64,000 nucleotides of DNA, taken from the NCBI GenBank assembly GCA_965655095.1, contig OZ296648.1, positions 164,858,001 to 164,922,000 of the forward strand. Direction: 5' to 3'. This stretch comes from Haplodiscus bocki. Taxonomy: Eukaryota. Below the pieces are notes generated by a model. That model saw only the letters and a list, made by a program, of their open reading frames with translations, was not told where the DNA came from and ran no database searches. A program made the translations under genes and the position numbers. Shown here one piece after another: positions 10,612-24,351 of this stretch; the stretch's first letter is position 1, and each line of letters opens with the position of its first letter.

Positions 10612-12229
10612 TTGAACGAAGTTGAATTGCACTTATCCAGCTCTAGTCATTTGTCGGAATTATTACGTAACCGAATCACTCTTACTCTGCCAATAATATT
10701 TGAGAAAGGCCCTAAAATAGTCTCAGTGAACAATTGGCTCAACGACCAGTCGACTAGTTGATACGCACACACCTTAAATATGATAACGAGTCAGTTAGTA
10801 AACGTAGTCCTAGAACGATTGTCAAGTAACATATGTTATATTTGATACCGTAGCTAAATTTTGAATTTTTTGGACTTCTGGCCTGGTTCTTGAAAATTAC
10901 AGTGTGTGGATAAAAGCTTCAAGGCTTCATTTAGTCATTTGACAATCAGAAAATATCAGATACTTGGATAAATTGGACAGCTACTCGGATCACTAGAAAC
11001 TTTTGGGAAATTTAGAAGAAAATACACTAACGTAGTCGAGGATGCATGGAAGTCTCAGACGAATTTTGATGTCGCATACACTTTTTACAAAATTTTAGCA
11101 AATGCCTAAAAAATTTCACATGCACCCCAGCATGACTCCAGCATAGAAGCTTTTAGAGATTATACAACTTTAGATGCAATTTGCAAAAATTTGGTGATTT
11201 TTCTGTGCTACGTACAAAATTTTTTGCAAGCTTGAGTTATCACCTTTTCCGAAATTTTCTATTTCATAGAAAATCAATTTAATATTTATTTTGGTAGCTT
11301 AACAGCATTTTCTAGGCATCATGGAACGATTTCCATGCGCATTAATCATTTTTACATACAAGCAAAAAAATGAGTTGCGGTTATAATCTATCAATTTCAA
11401 GGATTTTTTTATTTTGACTTCCAGAAACTTTCATTTCAGGTATTTTTCTTCAATTATGCAAAATAAGGTTTTTCAAAGAGTTTCTAACAGAACTTCGTGG
11501 CTGAATTGAAATGTTGATGAAAAAAAAATTAACTGTTCAAAAGAAAGAAGCAGTAGTATTGTTTGTTATAAAAATTAACTCCAGAAAATACAAACCGCTC
11601 TGTATTGAGTCGAAATTTTGTTTCTGGATCTGAGTAACTATGATTAGACTCACATATAATCAATACCTGTTCGTTTCAACAAATTGGTCAATGTTTCATT
11701 CTAGTAAAAAACATGAAGATTTCAGAAGAAATTTTAAGGAAAGTTTTCCAAGGTGCATAAATGTTCGGTAAGACTTTTCGATGCAACCCGTTTGAAAGTT
11801 TGTCAAAACTTTTACCTGCATTCATCAATGCTCAACCCTCAAAGGAGGTAGAAAACACAGAATTGACCGTTTCACAGCTTGGAACTTCATCTAAAACTTT
11901 CAACTCAAAAAATTTTCTGAGATCTGAAATCCGACAAAGATGAACCTTTTTTGTTACTGAAAGGATAGAAAGCATAGAAGAAACTCAAATTTGGCGAAAA
12001 ACGGCTCAAATACAGTTTTCTCGAAAACCCCTTGTGCTTTGAGAAAACAAGCTCCAAAACTAGCCATTTTTTTGCTCACGACTTCACTCAATAAAAATCA
12101 GTACTGTATATTTCCATCAATCCTCGAAAACGTCAAATAAACAACAGGAGTAGAAACAATGGATTCTTCTTAGTAGAAGTTGATGAAAATGAGAAGAACA
12201 AAAAAATTGTCATAGTGGTTCTAGTGTTA

Positions 12230-12401
12230 GGACAAAACAAGTCTTGCAAAAATCTTCGAGAACTTTTTTCAAGATCCTGTAATATATTGCATTATTCTTG
12301 CAAAAGTCTTGAAAGATAAACCTTCATCCTGCAAGTTTCCTGCGAAAAATGCATTCACATTGCAAGATTCTTTCAAGAAAAGCATTATTCGTGAAGCTTG
12401 G
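12230..12401. repeat. Short CTTGCAAG-motif MITE-like repeat (degenerate)
   Basis: Clustered cttgcaa/tgcaag/ttcaaga motifs; resembles 17033-17246 in opposite orientation. Ends eroded. Confidence 0.45.
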
Positions 12402-13819
12402 TTCTTAGGAATTACCACTACTAAAAGCCCTCTTTCCGTAGCTTTGCCGGACTTGAAATCATTGTAGCTGCTTTAGTACAAGATCGACCTTTTCAGTGGA
12501 AAAAAGTAAAGCAGCGACTCAGGCTGAAAGAAGTTACAAACGTTTCTTGAAAGTCCATGCGTTTCATAACGGCTTTATAGATATTCCATTTGAATAGCAT
12601 TTCAGAAACTTGCCCTATGGTTTCAGCAAAATGGTACTCTCAGAGTAACTATTAATTTTTTTTAAATTACAAAATTCTGAAGTTAACTCCAAATTGCTGG
12701 AAAGTTATGACAATTTGGACGCAAGACTGAATTTTTTTCTGCAAAATTTAATTTAAAGATAACTCCAGGGAGCTCCTCGATCAACTTGTAACTGGAAGTG
12801 AAAGTTTTGCATCAGTGTGATTCCAAAAATTTTTCGCAATTCAAAAAGTTTTCCGAGACTTACGAAAATAACCTGGAGCAATTCGGGAAGAGATCTCACA
12901 GACGTTTTCAGAAATGAAACGCAATAAGTTCCACTGAATATCTCTGTCTCATTGAATCCATCATCCGACAATCAGAGTATAAACCAATTAAAGGTTTTTT
13001 TTGATGAAATCACAGGTAAAATGATTATTTGGCCTATTAAAAGTAGTCACGCCAACTTCCAGAGAAGTTTGAGTGGAAGTAGCGAACTTTACAAGAGTTT
13101 TTGTACTTGAAGCTATGCAAAAATTTTATTTGAGTAAGAAAAATCTGCTTGAAAAAAGAAAGGAACCGGCGTTTGGTTCCACGCTTCAGTATTATGATAT
13201 CAGTTTTTTTTCTGTAAGTGCGAAAGAACCAGTGTCGTTTGAACGTCCTTTTCCAAATATAATATCTTACGCATAATGTGAGGAGATGGACAACCAAATA
13301 ATCTGGGTCCAAGTCTGCTCCTGCACTATACTTTGAGACTCCTGATAATTCAATTTTGAGAAGAAGTAGTTGTTTGGGAAAACAGTACACGAACGACAAC
13401 GTAACAAAAAATGAACGAAATCGAAAATGAATCAAAAAGTTTCAAGAAGACATTGACTTTGCTTCAACCAGATATAAATCTCTTCACTTAGGTTTGGTTT
13501 GCAATCATTGTTAATGGAACAATCACAAAAAGAAAAATGGGCGAACTGAAGATCGAAATTTTTGTTGTTTATGAAATAATTCGGTTGGTTATTCCAAATT
13601 TGCGCAAATTGACACAAAAATGTCCCGTTGTTAACCTGTTTATTCAATTACGCCCGATAACTCCGCTGATGTCTTTCGCATAATCATTATATCGCTTATG
13701 CGGGCAAGACATCTAGTTTACCGAGTTTTTTCACAAACAAAACTATGCTTCCGAAAGATTGAATGCAGATCTTAGCTTTCCTTTGAGAATCAGCTACTCT
13801 TTTTCCTGTAATCATCCAT

Positions 13820-14770
13820 GCCAAAGTTGGTGATTAGGACCTTGATTGAAGAGACTGAGACGACAGTTTTAATGAAAATTGAGCTTGAAAAAAGAGATGA
13901 ATAAAAATTTAAAGCTTTCTCAGTCTGTTTCAGACTAACAAGGCTCCAATGCAGGGTCAAAAAATGTAACTTCATTCATATGGTCCCACACAAGTAAAGC
14001 ATTGCCGATTAAAATCTTGAAGGAAGTTGGCAAGCCAATAGATGTGGAGAATCATCAATTTGAAAACTGAGATGAAGCATTAAAAGTAGCATTTTTTGAA
14101 TTTGCAGTCTATAAGGAAGCCGCGGCAAAGAAGGAGGCCATTTTAATTCAAATCAAAACTCCCCAACATTTTTAGTGCTGCTGATTGAGACCGTGATGGT
14201 GGAAGTCCAGCCAGCAACCACGGCAAGTTTTGAGTTTTTCACTCAATATAGACCAATACCATGGGAATAATTCAGTTTTTTAGACTATCAAGAATCCAAC
14301 GCGAGGAATGAAATAGTTGATTGCTGAGTCCGATGGCCCATCGGAAACAATTTCGGTCTAGTTGAGACCTAGATGGAAGAAGCCTTGTGCGTAAATTTGA
14401 ATATGTAGATCTATCACCGTTAAAGCTTTTTCTCGGATTTTCCGAGTATGAAGAAGGCAAAAAAATTCAACACGTTGTAAACAAATAGTCCACCACAACT
14501 GTAACACTGCTGGTTGAGACCTTGATATAAGAAACCAAGTGACTGAAATTGGTCAAATTTGAGTTGGACTGTGGAGATGTGACAACTTTTTAAAATTTTT
14601 GATCATTTCGAAACACCACCTTTCAGGAATATGATATTTTCCAAATTTGATTAGTCCTTTCCAAATAACAAGTTGCCGGTTAAGATTTTAACGAAGTTTT
14701 TCAACCCTGCAGTTTGAAGAAAAGTGAACCTCGACGGCAAAGAGAATCAAAAACAATTGCACTTGTTGCA
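13820..14770 (+). repeat. Degenerate ~177-bp satellite, family A (~6 monomers)
   Basis: gagaccttgatggaagaa-like anchor at ~13836, 14011, 14187, 14364, 14516 and 14703. Confidence 0.65.
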
Positions 14771-15284
14771 ATTGACGCAATATGGGGATCACAGAATGAT
14801 CCAGGAAGAGTCTCAAAATAACTTTGTATCTAAACTTCCCGACAAATGTGGATAGGCAACAGAATTTAATGCGAAAAAGCAGAAAAAAAGTTCAATTCTT
14901 CTTCTCAATTTTTATTTTTATTTTGAAAATGTATATTCTTCCTGTTGGTTTTGTAGCAAAAACGAAATGTCTTTCCGAACTCACAAATTTTTTTCTGCAC
15001 AATTTCAATTTGCTTTCAAAAAAACAGGAAAACGAATCATTATTTCAAAAAATGATGACTTTTATCACAAAAACGTAAATTTCATTTAAGAAACCTTGTT
15101 TTTGCTATTTAAGGAAAGAGTGAGCCCACACAAACATTTGAAAGCAATAAATCATCAGTTGTAATGAGATTTGAGCCCGCTACCTAATAGCCACCCAACC
15201 GCGGGGACTTCGCTTCCTTGTATTAAGGATGCCAACATTTAACTGCAACGAAAACTTAGTTCGACGGAAACTATCAAAGAAAAA

Positions 15285-15683
15285 TTATGTCTCTTTTGGG
15301 CCGAACTCCTGTGAGTACTGGCTCAAGGAGACAGCCACTTCAGGATGAGGATCATTCTGGGAGTGATCCTTATTCGTTTCCTGTTTTTCTCTGATCGATA
15401 TCCGGGATGTCTGCGGAACGTATCCGAAGTAATCCCGGGCCTTTTGCTTCAAACGAATTTTATCTCTTTTTTACAAGGCGTCCAAAATCCGACTCCTTAC
15501 CGCACTGAACTCCTGAGACAGCTTTAACGTCACTCTACCCTCGATTTCTTCTGACAACTTAGTAATATAATCTTTCCGAAGTCTCTGACAATTTGTGTTT
15601 CGAACCTGGTTATTCCTACGATTTTCCCCATGATTACCCCTGTTGATGGATGCTACCTTTCTTTTATTTCTCAGAGTTGCCAT
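15285..15683 (-). pseudogene. 5' part of gag-like ORF, copy 2
   Basis: MATLRNKRKVASINR...DYITKLSEEIEGRVTLKLSQEFSAVRSRILDAL*...SQNDPHPEVAVSLSQ; aligns with copy 1. Confidence 0.6.
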
Positions 15684-17030
15684 TTTTGAAAAGTGGAATT
15701 AATCAGCAGCGTTTTAATACTAAATTGTTTATCATCTTTTTGTACAAGTCGGGAGAAATGCAAGAGTGTCGTTTTCAGGAACACAATTAGAGTTTATTAG
15801 CATCAGTACAATTTTTGTGGTCCATTCGTACTTCAATTTCCTTTATTTAGACCTCTTTGGCGGGAATTATACTAAATGACACGCCAAGTCAGGGTACAAA
15901 TTAGATAAAGTACTTTCATGAATAAAGATCAAAGCGGAAATGCGGACTCTGGAGGGAAATAAACACCATTCCATCCATTTCATCCCTCAAAGGACGCGTT
16001 TTTTCCATCCTTCGATAGAAACAAAACGGACCTGATCCGTCAGAAATGAACTTCAAAGTCTCTCTTCCCGCGCCGATATTTCATTTACAAGCAAACCAAA
16101 GTACATAATTGGAGAAAGTAAATATTTATTTAATCCAAAAAATGAAAAACTTATGATGTTAGCGATGGTTATGGAAAGGGATAAAAAATGGTAATGAAAG
16201 TAAAAATTGATTCTTGCATCTCATAAGTATTGTCCTTCGTTAGTGCATCGGTATTCTTGGTCAGAAATGAGGAGAAACTAGTAGCTCTACTAGTTTACCC
16301 CTCGTTCGCGGGAGTAGCTACTAATAGTTTCTGGAGATTTCTGTCTCGACTAGTAGCGGCAATCAAAATCATTCAAGCCGAGCAGGATTTAGGAGTGAAT
16401 ACGGAGTCACTCAGTATTCATTATAGTATTACGGCACAGCTGAGTGGTCGGAATGGTTTAGACATCACCAGATTGGAAGCGACGGAACTTGTGGAGAACA
16501 AATATTCACTCGTGCAGTCTTTCACGCTGTATCGAGGGACGCTGCTAATTCAGCTGAAGTGTTAAACTGCACTATTTTAACTAGTATTTACTCCAGTCAA
16601 TTAAATTAATCACTCATAAAGGTGGATATATGTTACATAATAATTAAATTGTTACAATTGTAGCACCTTTTGAAAGGAAAAGCTCTGTGATCATTCGTTT
16701 TCCGTAACGGTTTCTTCCTAGTCTGGATCAGTTCACTACCGTGATTGGTAGATAATACGGATCACTTTACATGTACAAAAAGTATGAGTTTTTCTTAAAT
16801 TAAAAATGAAAGTCTAAGTCTCATTCTGAGTCTTTAGATGTTTTTTCTGCAGGCAAGCGTTGACCGCAGTCTTCGCAGGTGTGCTGCGACAATAACGAGA
16901 TAACTGGAGCCAGAAGCCTTCTGGTTGTTTTGAAGTGAGTATGGTTAGTAAGGTTTTTCGAGCAAATTTGTGTGAAAGTATTCGATTTTCAGGTTTGTGT
17001 AAAAGTTTCCTTATCTCTTTGAATTACGGA
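15285..17030 (-). mobile_element. 5' portion of LTR-type retroelement, copy 2 (diverged)
   Basis: Same block order as 7960-9850: ORF, leader 15855-16078, inverted-repeat block 16467-16738, cttcgcag..gtgctgcgaca at ~16871-16891. Confidence 0.55.
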
Positions 17031-17032
17031 TG

Positions 17033-17246
17033 TTCCTGTAAAAGCAGGCTCAATAATAGTTGTCTTGAAAGAAACTTGCAAGAAAAAGATTTTTTCTTGC
17101 AGGAATTTTTCAAGAATTTGGCATGATTTCCTTTCGCTGCAGAGTTCTAGCAGGAAAAACATTGTCTGGCAGAATACTGCAATATTTGCATTGGTAGTAA
17201 GAAACCTGCAAGAAACTTCCAAGATATGGATTCAAGTTCGTCTGGG
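17033..17246. mobile_element. CTTGCAAG-motif MITE-like element with GGG right end
   Basis: Arrays of cttgcaag/ctgcaag variants ending ttcgtctggg. Left end and TSD not recognisable. Confidence 0.45.
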
Positions 17247-18268
17247 GGGATCATCGAAGTCCGAGCCTGAGTCACTTCTCTGTAGGGGATTACCCACCAA
17301 TCAGAAAGATAATTGCTACGAGAATTTGTTTAAGAATTAACTCCGAGTTTGGAAATTGACCAAAAAACCGATGACTGGATTCAAGATTTTTGTAATGTAC
17401 ATTTGAACAAAAAATGAGACTCGTGGCAATGAGATCTGTGGCGGTGAAATCATAGGGGATGGGTGATCGAAGTTCGTGATTGGAACAAATTGCGTTTATT
17501 GAAAAATGGTTTGCAGAGCATCTTGACAACAGAAACATAAATTATTCACGTACGGTTATCAATAAAACTTTAAGTTTCTGCGAAACAACAATATTGATAT
17601 TTTGATAACTCCAACTTTGTTAGCCCATGGAAAACGACAAACAAATATATACCAATTTACGAATAGTGAAATATGAAAAAAGCTTTAGTTTGTTTCAAAA
17701 CATCAGAAGAAACAATTTTGAAATTAGAGCTACATTATGAGTGACTTTCGTTTAATGCTGTGCAAGAGTTTTTTTAGACACATCAGGGTTACCCTCCCAG
17801 AGATGAAACTTAGAATTCATAGTAAGACTCAGATAGCTGCGAAGGTAACAGATGTGTTATAGTACGGTCCAGGCATAACTTACCAAATACCATCTCTAGG
17901 CCTTATTCAATTATCTTTGGGCAGTAGTAAGTTACATCTGGGCCTTAGTAAGTTATCTAAAGCGTTTTTATGTACGCATAGCATTCATTTGAAATTGTCT
18001 GATAAATTATGCAACTCACGAAATTATCAACTTGAAGATCGTATGAAGCTAGAATTGGGAAAAAGTGTTTCAGTCGTGGAGTAGTGACGTAAAATCAATT
18101 CAAAATGATTAAAAATAAAAAAATTTAATTTTCTGGGAAGTATTTTTGATTCACTTTGTCTGACTATAGTAACAAGAATCAGCAATTGTCTTCCATTAAT
18201 GCGTCTCGTCTTTCTGGATACAATCTCATTTGCTTCTGTTTCTGAATTAAGGTGCGTTTCTACACTTG

Positions 18269-19122
18269 CCCGGATTGTCAGCCATGGTTACACAGGCCGT
18301 TCATGTCATGACAAGCCATGATTATGGTAATTCATACTCGCCATGGTGTACTAATGAAAGATCCTTAAATGGTTATCATTCAATATGTTATGAACATGGC
18401 ATGGCTGTCATAGAGTAAAGAAATATTGGATATAGGTGACGACATGGATTTTCTCACGTGCCTTTACTCCATCATTTTTGTGTTCCTTCAGCGAAAAGCT
18501 TCGCCTAAATAGCCGGGTTAGCATTAAAGTCGTTTTTCGGTAACGCGTATCCTGAAGCCGAATGATAGCTAAAAAATCATTCAGTTTTATTTCTTTTGAA
18601 AAAGTCTAAATAATCTCTGGAAAAAATTTGAATCCAATTTGTGATATATTTTACTTCGGAATGAGAAATAGCGTATACAGAAAAGTCTCAAATCGTATCT
18701 TCTTTTATTGATATTCACATGTTATTACCGAAAAGGACTGTGACATTATTCTTTCGATATTAATTAATGGTGCTCTGGATTTGTATGATGCTGAATTCAT
18801 TTTTTCTTGGTCACACTGGAAGCCACGTCCTCACCGTGGGTCCTGGCATGTGTGATACAATTTGTCTCGTTAGCTGAGTTCCTGTTTGAATTTACAGCAT
18901 AAGGACTCTTGTATTGAGATCTGTAAACCTGGTTTACAATAAATACCTGAGAAGTTGAAACAAAAAATGTATAATGGCATACCATGATCATGGCGAAACC
19001 ATAGTAAGAAACATAGTGACCTCAGTAAACAAAAAACATGGCCACCAGTCGATCATACTGGCATGGTAATATCCATGTTTCACTAAAATCATGGCATAGT
19101 GGCCATATTTTCCCAATCCGGG
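18269..19122. mobile_element. CCCGG-ended non-autonomous transposon, CATG subfamily
   Basis: cccggattg...caatccggg (perfect 9-bp TIR); TSD TG/TG. Arms homologous to 9932-10611; middle unrelated. Confidence 0.85.
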
Positions 19123-19239
19123 TGTGACTTAGCAAACAGAAAGACCAATTGCATTGGAAGTTGCTAAAAAGTTAAACTAAAAGAACAATTTCATAGTAAT
19201 ATTTTAGAATATAATATGGTTCCAGAGATAATTTACTAA

Positions 19240-21700
19240 GTTCTTACTGCGGCCCATAGATAATTTGCTAAATATCATCTCTGGTGCAGAGTATTCTTAA
19301 CAAGATCTTGTAGTACGCTTTTTCTCTGACAGTGCTGTGTCCAGAGCTGGACCGTAGAACGTTATTTTTGAGGTAATCAATTTGAGTTAAGTGGGAGAAG
19401 TATAGAGGCCCAATTAAACCCCTTATGATCTGAAGTTTTCTTAAAACATTCTTACACCTTTTTTGTATTAAATTCAATATGTTTGTTCTTTATATAGTTT
19501 AATCGACCTTCGATCACTACCAAAGTAATACTGATACTCGAAGCTGCAAATGATCAGGTGATGCATGCAATTTTGTTAGAGGTTTGCTCAACCGTGTTGC
19601 CATCCATTCTGGTGTCGCAGTCATTGACTTCACTGCTTTTAGTCAAATAGAGCAAATCTCGAATCAAAAACTTTTCCCGGGCGTACCACCATACAAAAAA
19701 CGGAAATCATAGAAAGTCATATATAGAGATCTATGAAAATATTCAAGTCATAGAAAGTACCATAGAAGTTTATGGTAACATGCAAATCATAAAAAGACCA
19801 TACTATAGTATGATTCCATGCAAGTCGTACAATGTACCATAGTGTGGCAATAATATGGAGAACCATGCGCGAATTTTATCAGATTATAATAACATATTCT
19901 AGCGAACAAAAATTTGACTTGAAATACTCATGGAAGATATTACATTAAAGTGTGAAGTTCAAAACTTCTGGCAATAATACAACTGGGGAACATAATAAAC
20001 GCCATCTACATTCATTTTTGTTGCCTAAAATTAAAAATGAGATTTTGTGAAATCCCATTCCCGAAAAGTGCAGTCTACAGTGATGTAGTGTTGGACAAAC
20101 TACGATGAAGGTATAGATCTTTCTTTCCTAGCAATAATACGGAAAGTTAAATTCTGCAAGCTGTTGACGGGCATTCCCTCTGTACCTTGAAGTTTTCCAG
20201 ACTTTTGAATTACTCGGAACTATGTAAATAAGAAATTGGAAGTTGTTTGTTGAAAAAAAACATGAAAATCATTGGATGACAATACAAAATAACATTAAAG
20301 TCATTAACTAACCATACAAGTTTATGGCTGACAGGCTTTCTATACTATGGCCATAGAAGAAAAACAGGAAACTAATGGCATTATCATAAGCTGTTTTTTT
20401 TGTAAGGCAGTTTATGGTGCATAGTATGATTTGCATGGCAGGTCAACCCGGGTTGTTTTTTTTCATGAAAAACTTTTCTGAACAAGAGTTACTTTTCAAT
20501 TGAATGCAAATGGCGTGATTCTCGATAGGTAAGGAAGACTCTCATTGCATTTTCAACTCCTACACCTCAAGATTTTTAGCACCATTTCAAAATTACATGT
20601 AGTTTTTTATCCTCAACAACATCAGTCAACAGGCTGTCCCTGATGCTTACAAGGATACACATTATATTCTGAACTAGTGGTGCAGCGGAAAATAATCATT
20701 GGGCTTGAATGAGATCGAATGTCACCCTCATCTGACGACGCTTTGCATGATAAGTGACCCGAATTGTATCACATTTGAGAGGGTTCAGACAGTTCAGCTA
20801 ATGTTAAATTTGTTAAAAAACCACTTTGGGCTGTTACCACCGTTGTTTTATGTTCTCGCGGTGCCCAAACACGCTATGCTTGAAGTTAACACCGGCAAAG
20901 CCAGGTACTAGACGATTTGAATCATCTTGTCGTTTCCTGAACATCAAGGCCGTTTTCATTAAGTCTCCTTCAATTCTGAACAATAAATATGGTTTTTATG
21001 AAAAGGTCCCAATTTATGGCATAGATTTGAATCTTACATTCCTTTTTGAGTTTGCTTCTAGATAAGCATCATACTCTCCTGTTCGATTTCACAAAAAAAT
21101 ACTACTCGAATTTTTTACCTTTCTGTAGTTTTTGATTCACACCGTTTTTGGGACTGATTAGAAACAACAGATAATGCCGTTGAAGATCCAGTGCCAATTG
21201 ACCTGGTTGGATTATTTGTGAATATATGAATCAATAATTTGGGTGCATGAGAGCTTTTAATCGAATTGAAAAAGTAATTTGCTCCCGTATCATACAGGGA
21301 TATTCCCTTGACACTTATCAGCAACGGTAAAAACCGCTTGCTACTGAGAGTTATATATTTTCAAGCTAGTCTTCATAATTGTAATCGTGGATAAAATTAA
21401 TGAAATATAAGAATATAATTCTATGATTTCTGTTAGATTATACTATTGTTAATCATGCTACCAGGCTAATAATAATCTTACCATATATGTATGTTACCCT
21501 AGCTGACCTTAGCAAGATCAAGTGCGAGATTTTGTATGACTCTTATGGTGCCATATTGTGGTCAGATTGTGATCAAGCTTGTGGGGAAACCCGGATAGTG
21601 ACTTTTATCGCAGACACTCTGAGTGAAGAAAAAAGCGGTCTGGCTTGCAATGACTAATAAATGTATTTAGTTGTAATGAATCTAGGCTTAGTTAGAAACG
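19240..21700 (-). pseudogene. Probable fossil multi-exon gene with very short introns (product unknown)
   Basis: GT-AG segments at 21118-21079 (40 nt), 21037-20976 (62 nt) and 20837-20798 (40 nt) separate GC-richer coding-like blocks. The frame is kept across the first (GQLALDLQRHYLLFLISPKNGVNQKLQKG|EYDAYLEANSKRN) but broken elsewhere. Confidence 0.35.
19676..20452. mobile_element. CCCGGG-ended non-autonomous transposon, CATA/TATG subfamily
   Basis: cccgggcgtaccaccatac...gcatggcaggtcaacccggg; TSD TT/TT. Arms rich in catag/ccata/tatgg. Confidence 0.75.
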
Positions 21701-22006
21701 TAAAGCTATGTCGAAGGCAAGGGTCAAAGTGCTTTCAAATAGGCACCCGTGTTATCAAAAGAATTTGAAAGGAGAAGCACAATACAACATTGAATGGAGT
21801 GAGATTGATACAATGTAGGATCTTGCATGGAGGTCCATCCTTCGTCTATGTCGCTTAATAAACATGCTGATTTCAGAGTTTGACGAAATTAACCACGGGT
21901 TAAAAAATCGAAGTCATCGCACACGGACTTTTGCAACATGCTGGGCAGGCAAAGGAACATTCTGAAATTATAAAGGTTGGAAAAACACAATCTGTGGGCC
22001 CACCTA

Positions 22007-22780
22007 CACTGCAAAAACGGCGCACGTAAATTTACATGAAAATGCAGCAAATTTGACTGCGAGCCGCATGTATTTTCGAGCCACATGTGGTTTTCCTGCG
22101 GTACCTAAGGCTTTATCTGCCAAAGCAGGCATAATTGCCGGCGGTTTCGCGTAGGACGTCCGGTGCCCGTGATTTACATGTAGTTTACATGCGGGCTACA
22201 TGAAGATTGCCTGAATTGCAGATGATTTTGCCGGAGAATCGCATGTAAATTATCCTGAGAACGAAAAGCAGTTTTGCCTGAGTCTTTTGTGAAAATGCCT
22301 GCGTTTTCCAGGTAACACTGCTTGCATTCCACGGGCAATTCTGCTAGATAACTGCAGGAAAAATTACATGAAACTCGGAAGCAGTTTCATTTATGAAGCG
22401 CATGCAGTTTAAAATTCAACCACAGGTAACATTGCCAAAGACGGCAGGTAGTTCTGTCTGTGGTTTCATGTAAAATACTCTAAAAATTCAGGTAAAAAAA
22501 ACTTTTATGTCGCAGACAATTTTCCATCTCGTCAGCAGATAAAAGTACACGTGCAAAGCAGGCAATTTTACTTGTCAGTGACAAGCATTTTCACAACAGA
22601 CCGCAGGCAAATTTTTTGTTCTGCGAATGTAAACTACTTGTGAACCCCCGGTCGTCCTACATGAAAAACCCCATGTAAATATATGTCTGACTTGGCAGGC
22701 GAATTTAGTTGAAGCCTCAAGCATCTCAGGTAATACGCATATAGCACCTTTACCTGCGGTTTTCAGGCGAAACAATTCAA
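22007..22780. mobile_element. Truncated CACTG-ended (EnSpm/CACTA-like) non-autonomous element
   Basis: Starts cactgcaaaaa, followed by many tacatg, catgtaaa and gcaggta/tacctgc motifs. No matching right TIR. Confidence 0.45.
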
Positions 22781-24351
22781 TTACGCACTCAAATAGACCC
22801 AGAGCAAAAAAAGGTCGAATCAGACGTGAAAAACTTTCAACCTTTGATATCAAAAACACCAAAAAACGGCCTATTAATGTTGGAACAGGCTTGAAAAACA
22901 TTTGCGAAACAAGTCAGATTCGCAACATGTTCAAATTGTTTAGTTTCTGCTAGCTGAAAACATGATTTTTAGCACTGGCAAGGCTACACACGAGCAGTTG
23001 TAACAATGAGTCTCATAAATTTTAATAACATCGTGAATCTAGTAAAAACAAGATTCCATCAGTTCTGATAAAACCATTTTCAAAACCATGTCAAGGGATA
23101 AGTCATGAATTTTTCGCCATGAGGTCATTTATTACCACCAATTCAAAGCTTTAGGGTTGAAACACTTGAGGACTCAAAGATAAAACTTATTGCTCGAAAA
23201 ACAAGAGCATTAAAAAAAGACGAGCGTGTTTGAAGTGGAGATGAGGAAGCTGTATACCGTTACGCGGAGAACTTTTTAGGAAGAAACGAATCAAGTTTTC
23301 GAAGTGGAATTTTTTTCATATTGACAATGAGTTTTTCAGACTGTTGAAGTTCATCAAATGGTCTAAAATTTCATCCCAAATTGCGAAAATTGTGAATTGG
23401 CTTCATTTGAGTGAATTAAACAGAAATGGTAGTTCTCTGATACCACAGAAGTACAACAGAAAACTTTGAAATCTATGGAAAAAAAACTGTAATGTGGAAC
23501 AGAAAGTATCGAAGAACGAATGAAAGTTTCATGAAACATAAATCTGTCAGACATTTATAATTGTTTAAATCGTCGCAATATAAAAGCGGTGACACCGCGT
23601 ATGCCTACCATGGAATACCTTAAAAAATCAGCAACACAAAGTTTGCCTGCCTTCCTCAAAGTCTGCAGAAGATACAAATTGCACTTTTGAATTGAAAATT
23701 TTCCCTTTGAAACAATTTGTCAACGGAACTTTTGAAATTTGGCAGAGAACAATAATTTTGATACGAGCAGAGAAAATGAGTCCTCAAATTTCAAAATCGT
23801 AATATCAATTTAAAAAAGGATTGGCAAATACTGAGATTCGAAGCCGTACTTAGTTGCTCAGAACCATGTCATCCTACCCATTGTGCCATAGGATTTTCTG
23901 AAACGCGTACGACTGATTCGGGAACCTTGACTTGCGACCTGAGAGATCTTTGTGTCTTTCCACCATATCAATTCACTTTTTCCACTGTATATCGGAAAAT
24001 GCTTTTTTTTCTCGAAAAAATGGATAATCACAATGGCAAAGTCCTGTGCCACGGTTGATAATTTTTTGATTTGCATAGACGCTTGAACGAGAAATCTATG
24101 ATTAATTCTACGCTTAGACCGTCTCAGATGACGTAGTAGGGCCAAAAGTTGGGTTCTTACGTGACTGATTACGGCCCTAAGATTTAGGTTAACAGGATAT
24201 CTTTGGTACTTCTGAGACTGTCTCTGTCTTACTAAGAAAAAGTTTCATCTCTGGAGACGAACCCTAGACCCGACAGATTTGGCAGATAAAGATGACCCAA
24301 TACTAACAATCGACAACGAGGTAGTGAATTCATTCATCATGATTACCAGCC

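Larger units (their letters stand above)
7960..10831 (-). mobile_element. 5' portion of an LTR-type retroelement, copy 1, interrupted by the CCCGGG element at 9932-10611
   Basis: Colinear homology with 15285-17030 across the ORF, the leader, the ggatcagttcac block and the gtgctgcgaca block. Possible LTR start TGTTAC at 10831 (minus). No convincing PBS; outer boundary uncertain. Confidence 0.55.

Noticed and set aside
20580-20970. Mab-21/cGAS-like assignment for the fossil gene
   Set aside because: Only a vague motif-order resemblance; no diagnostic residues can be supported.
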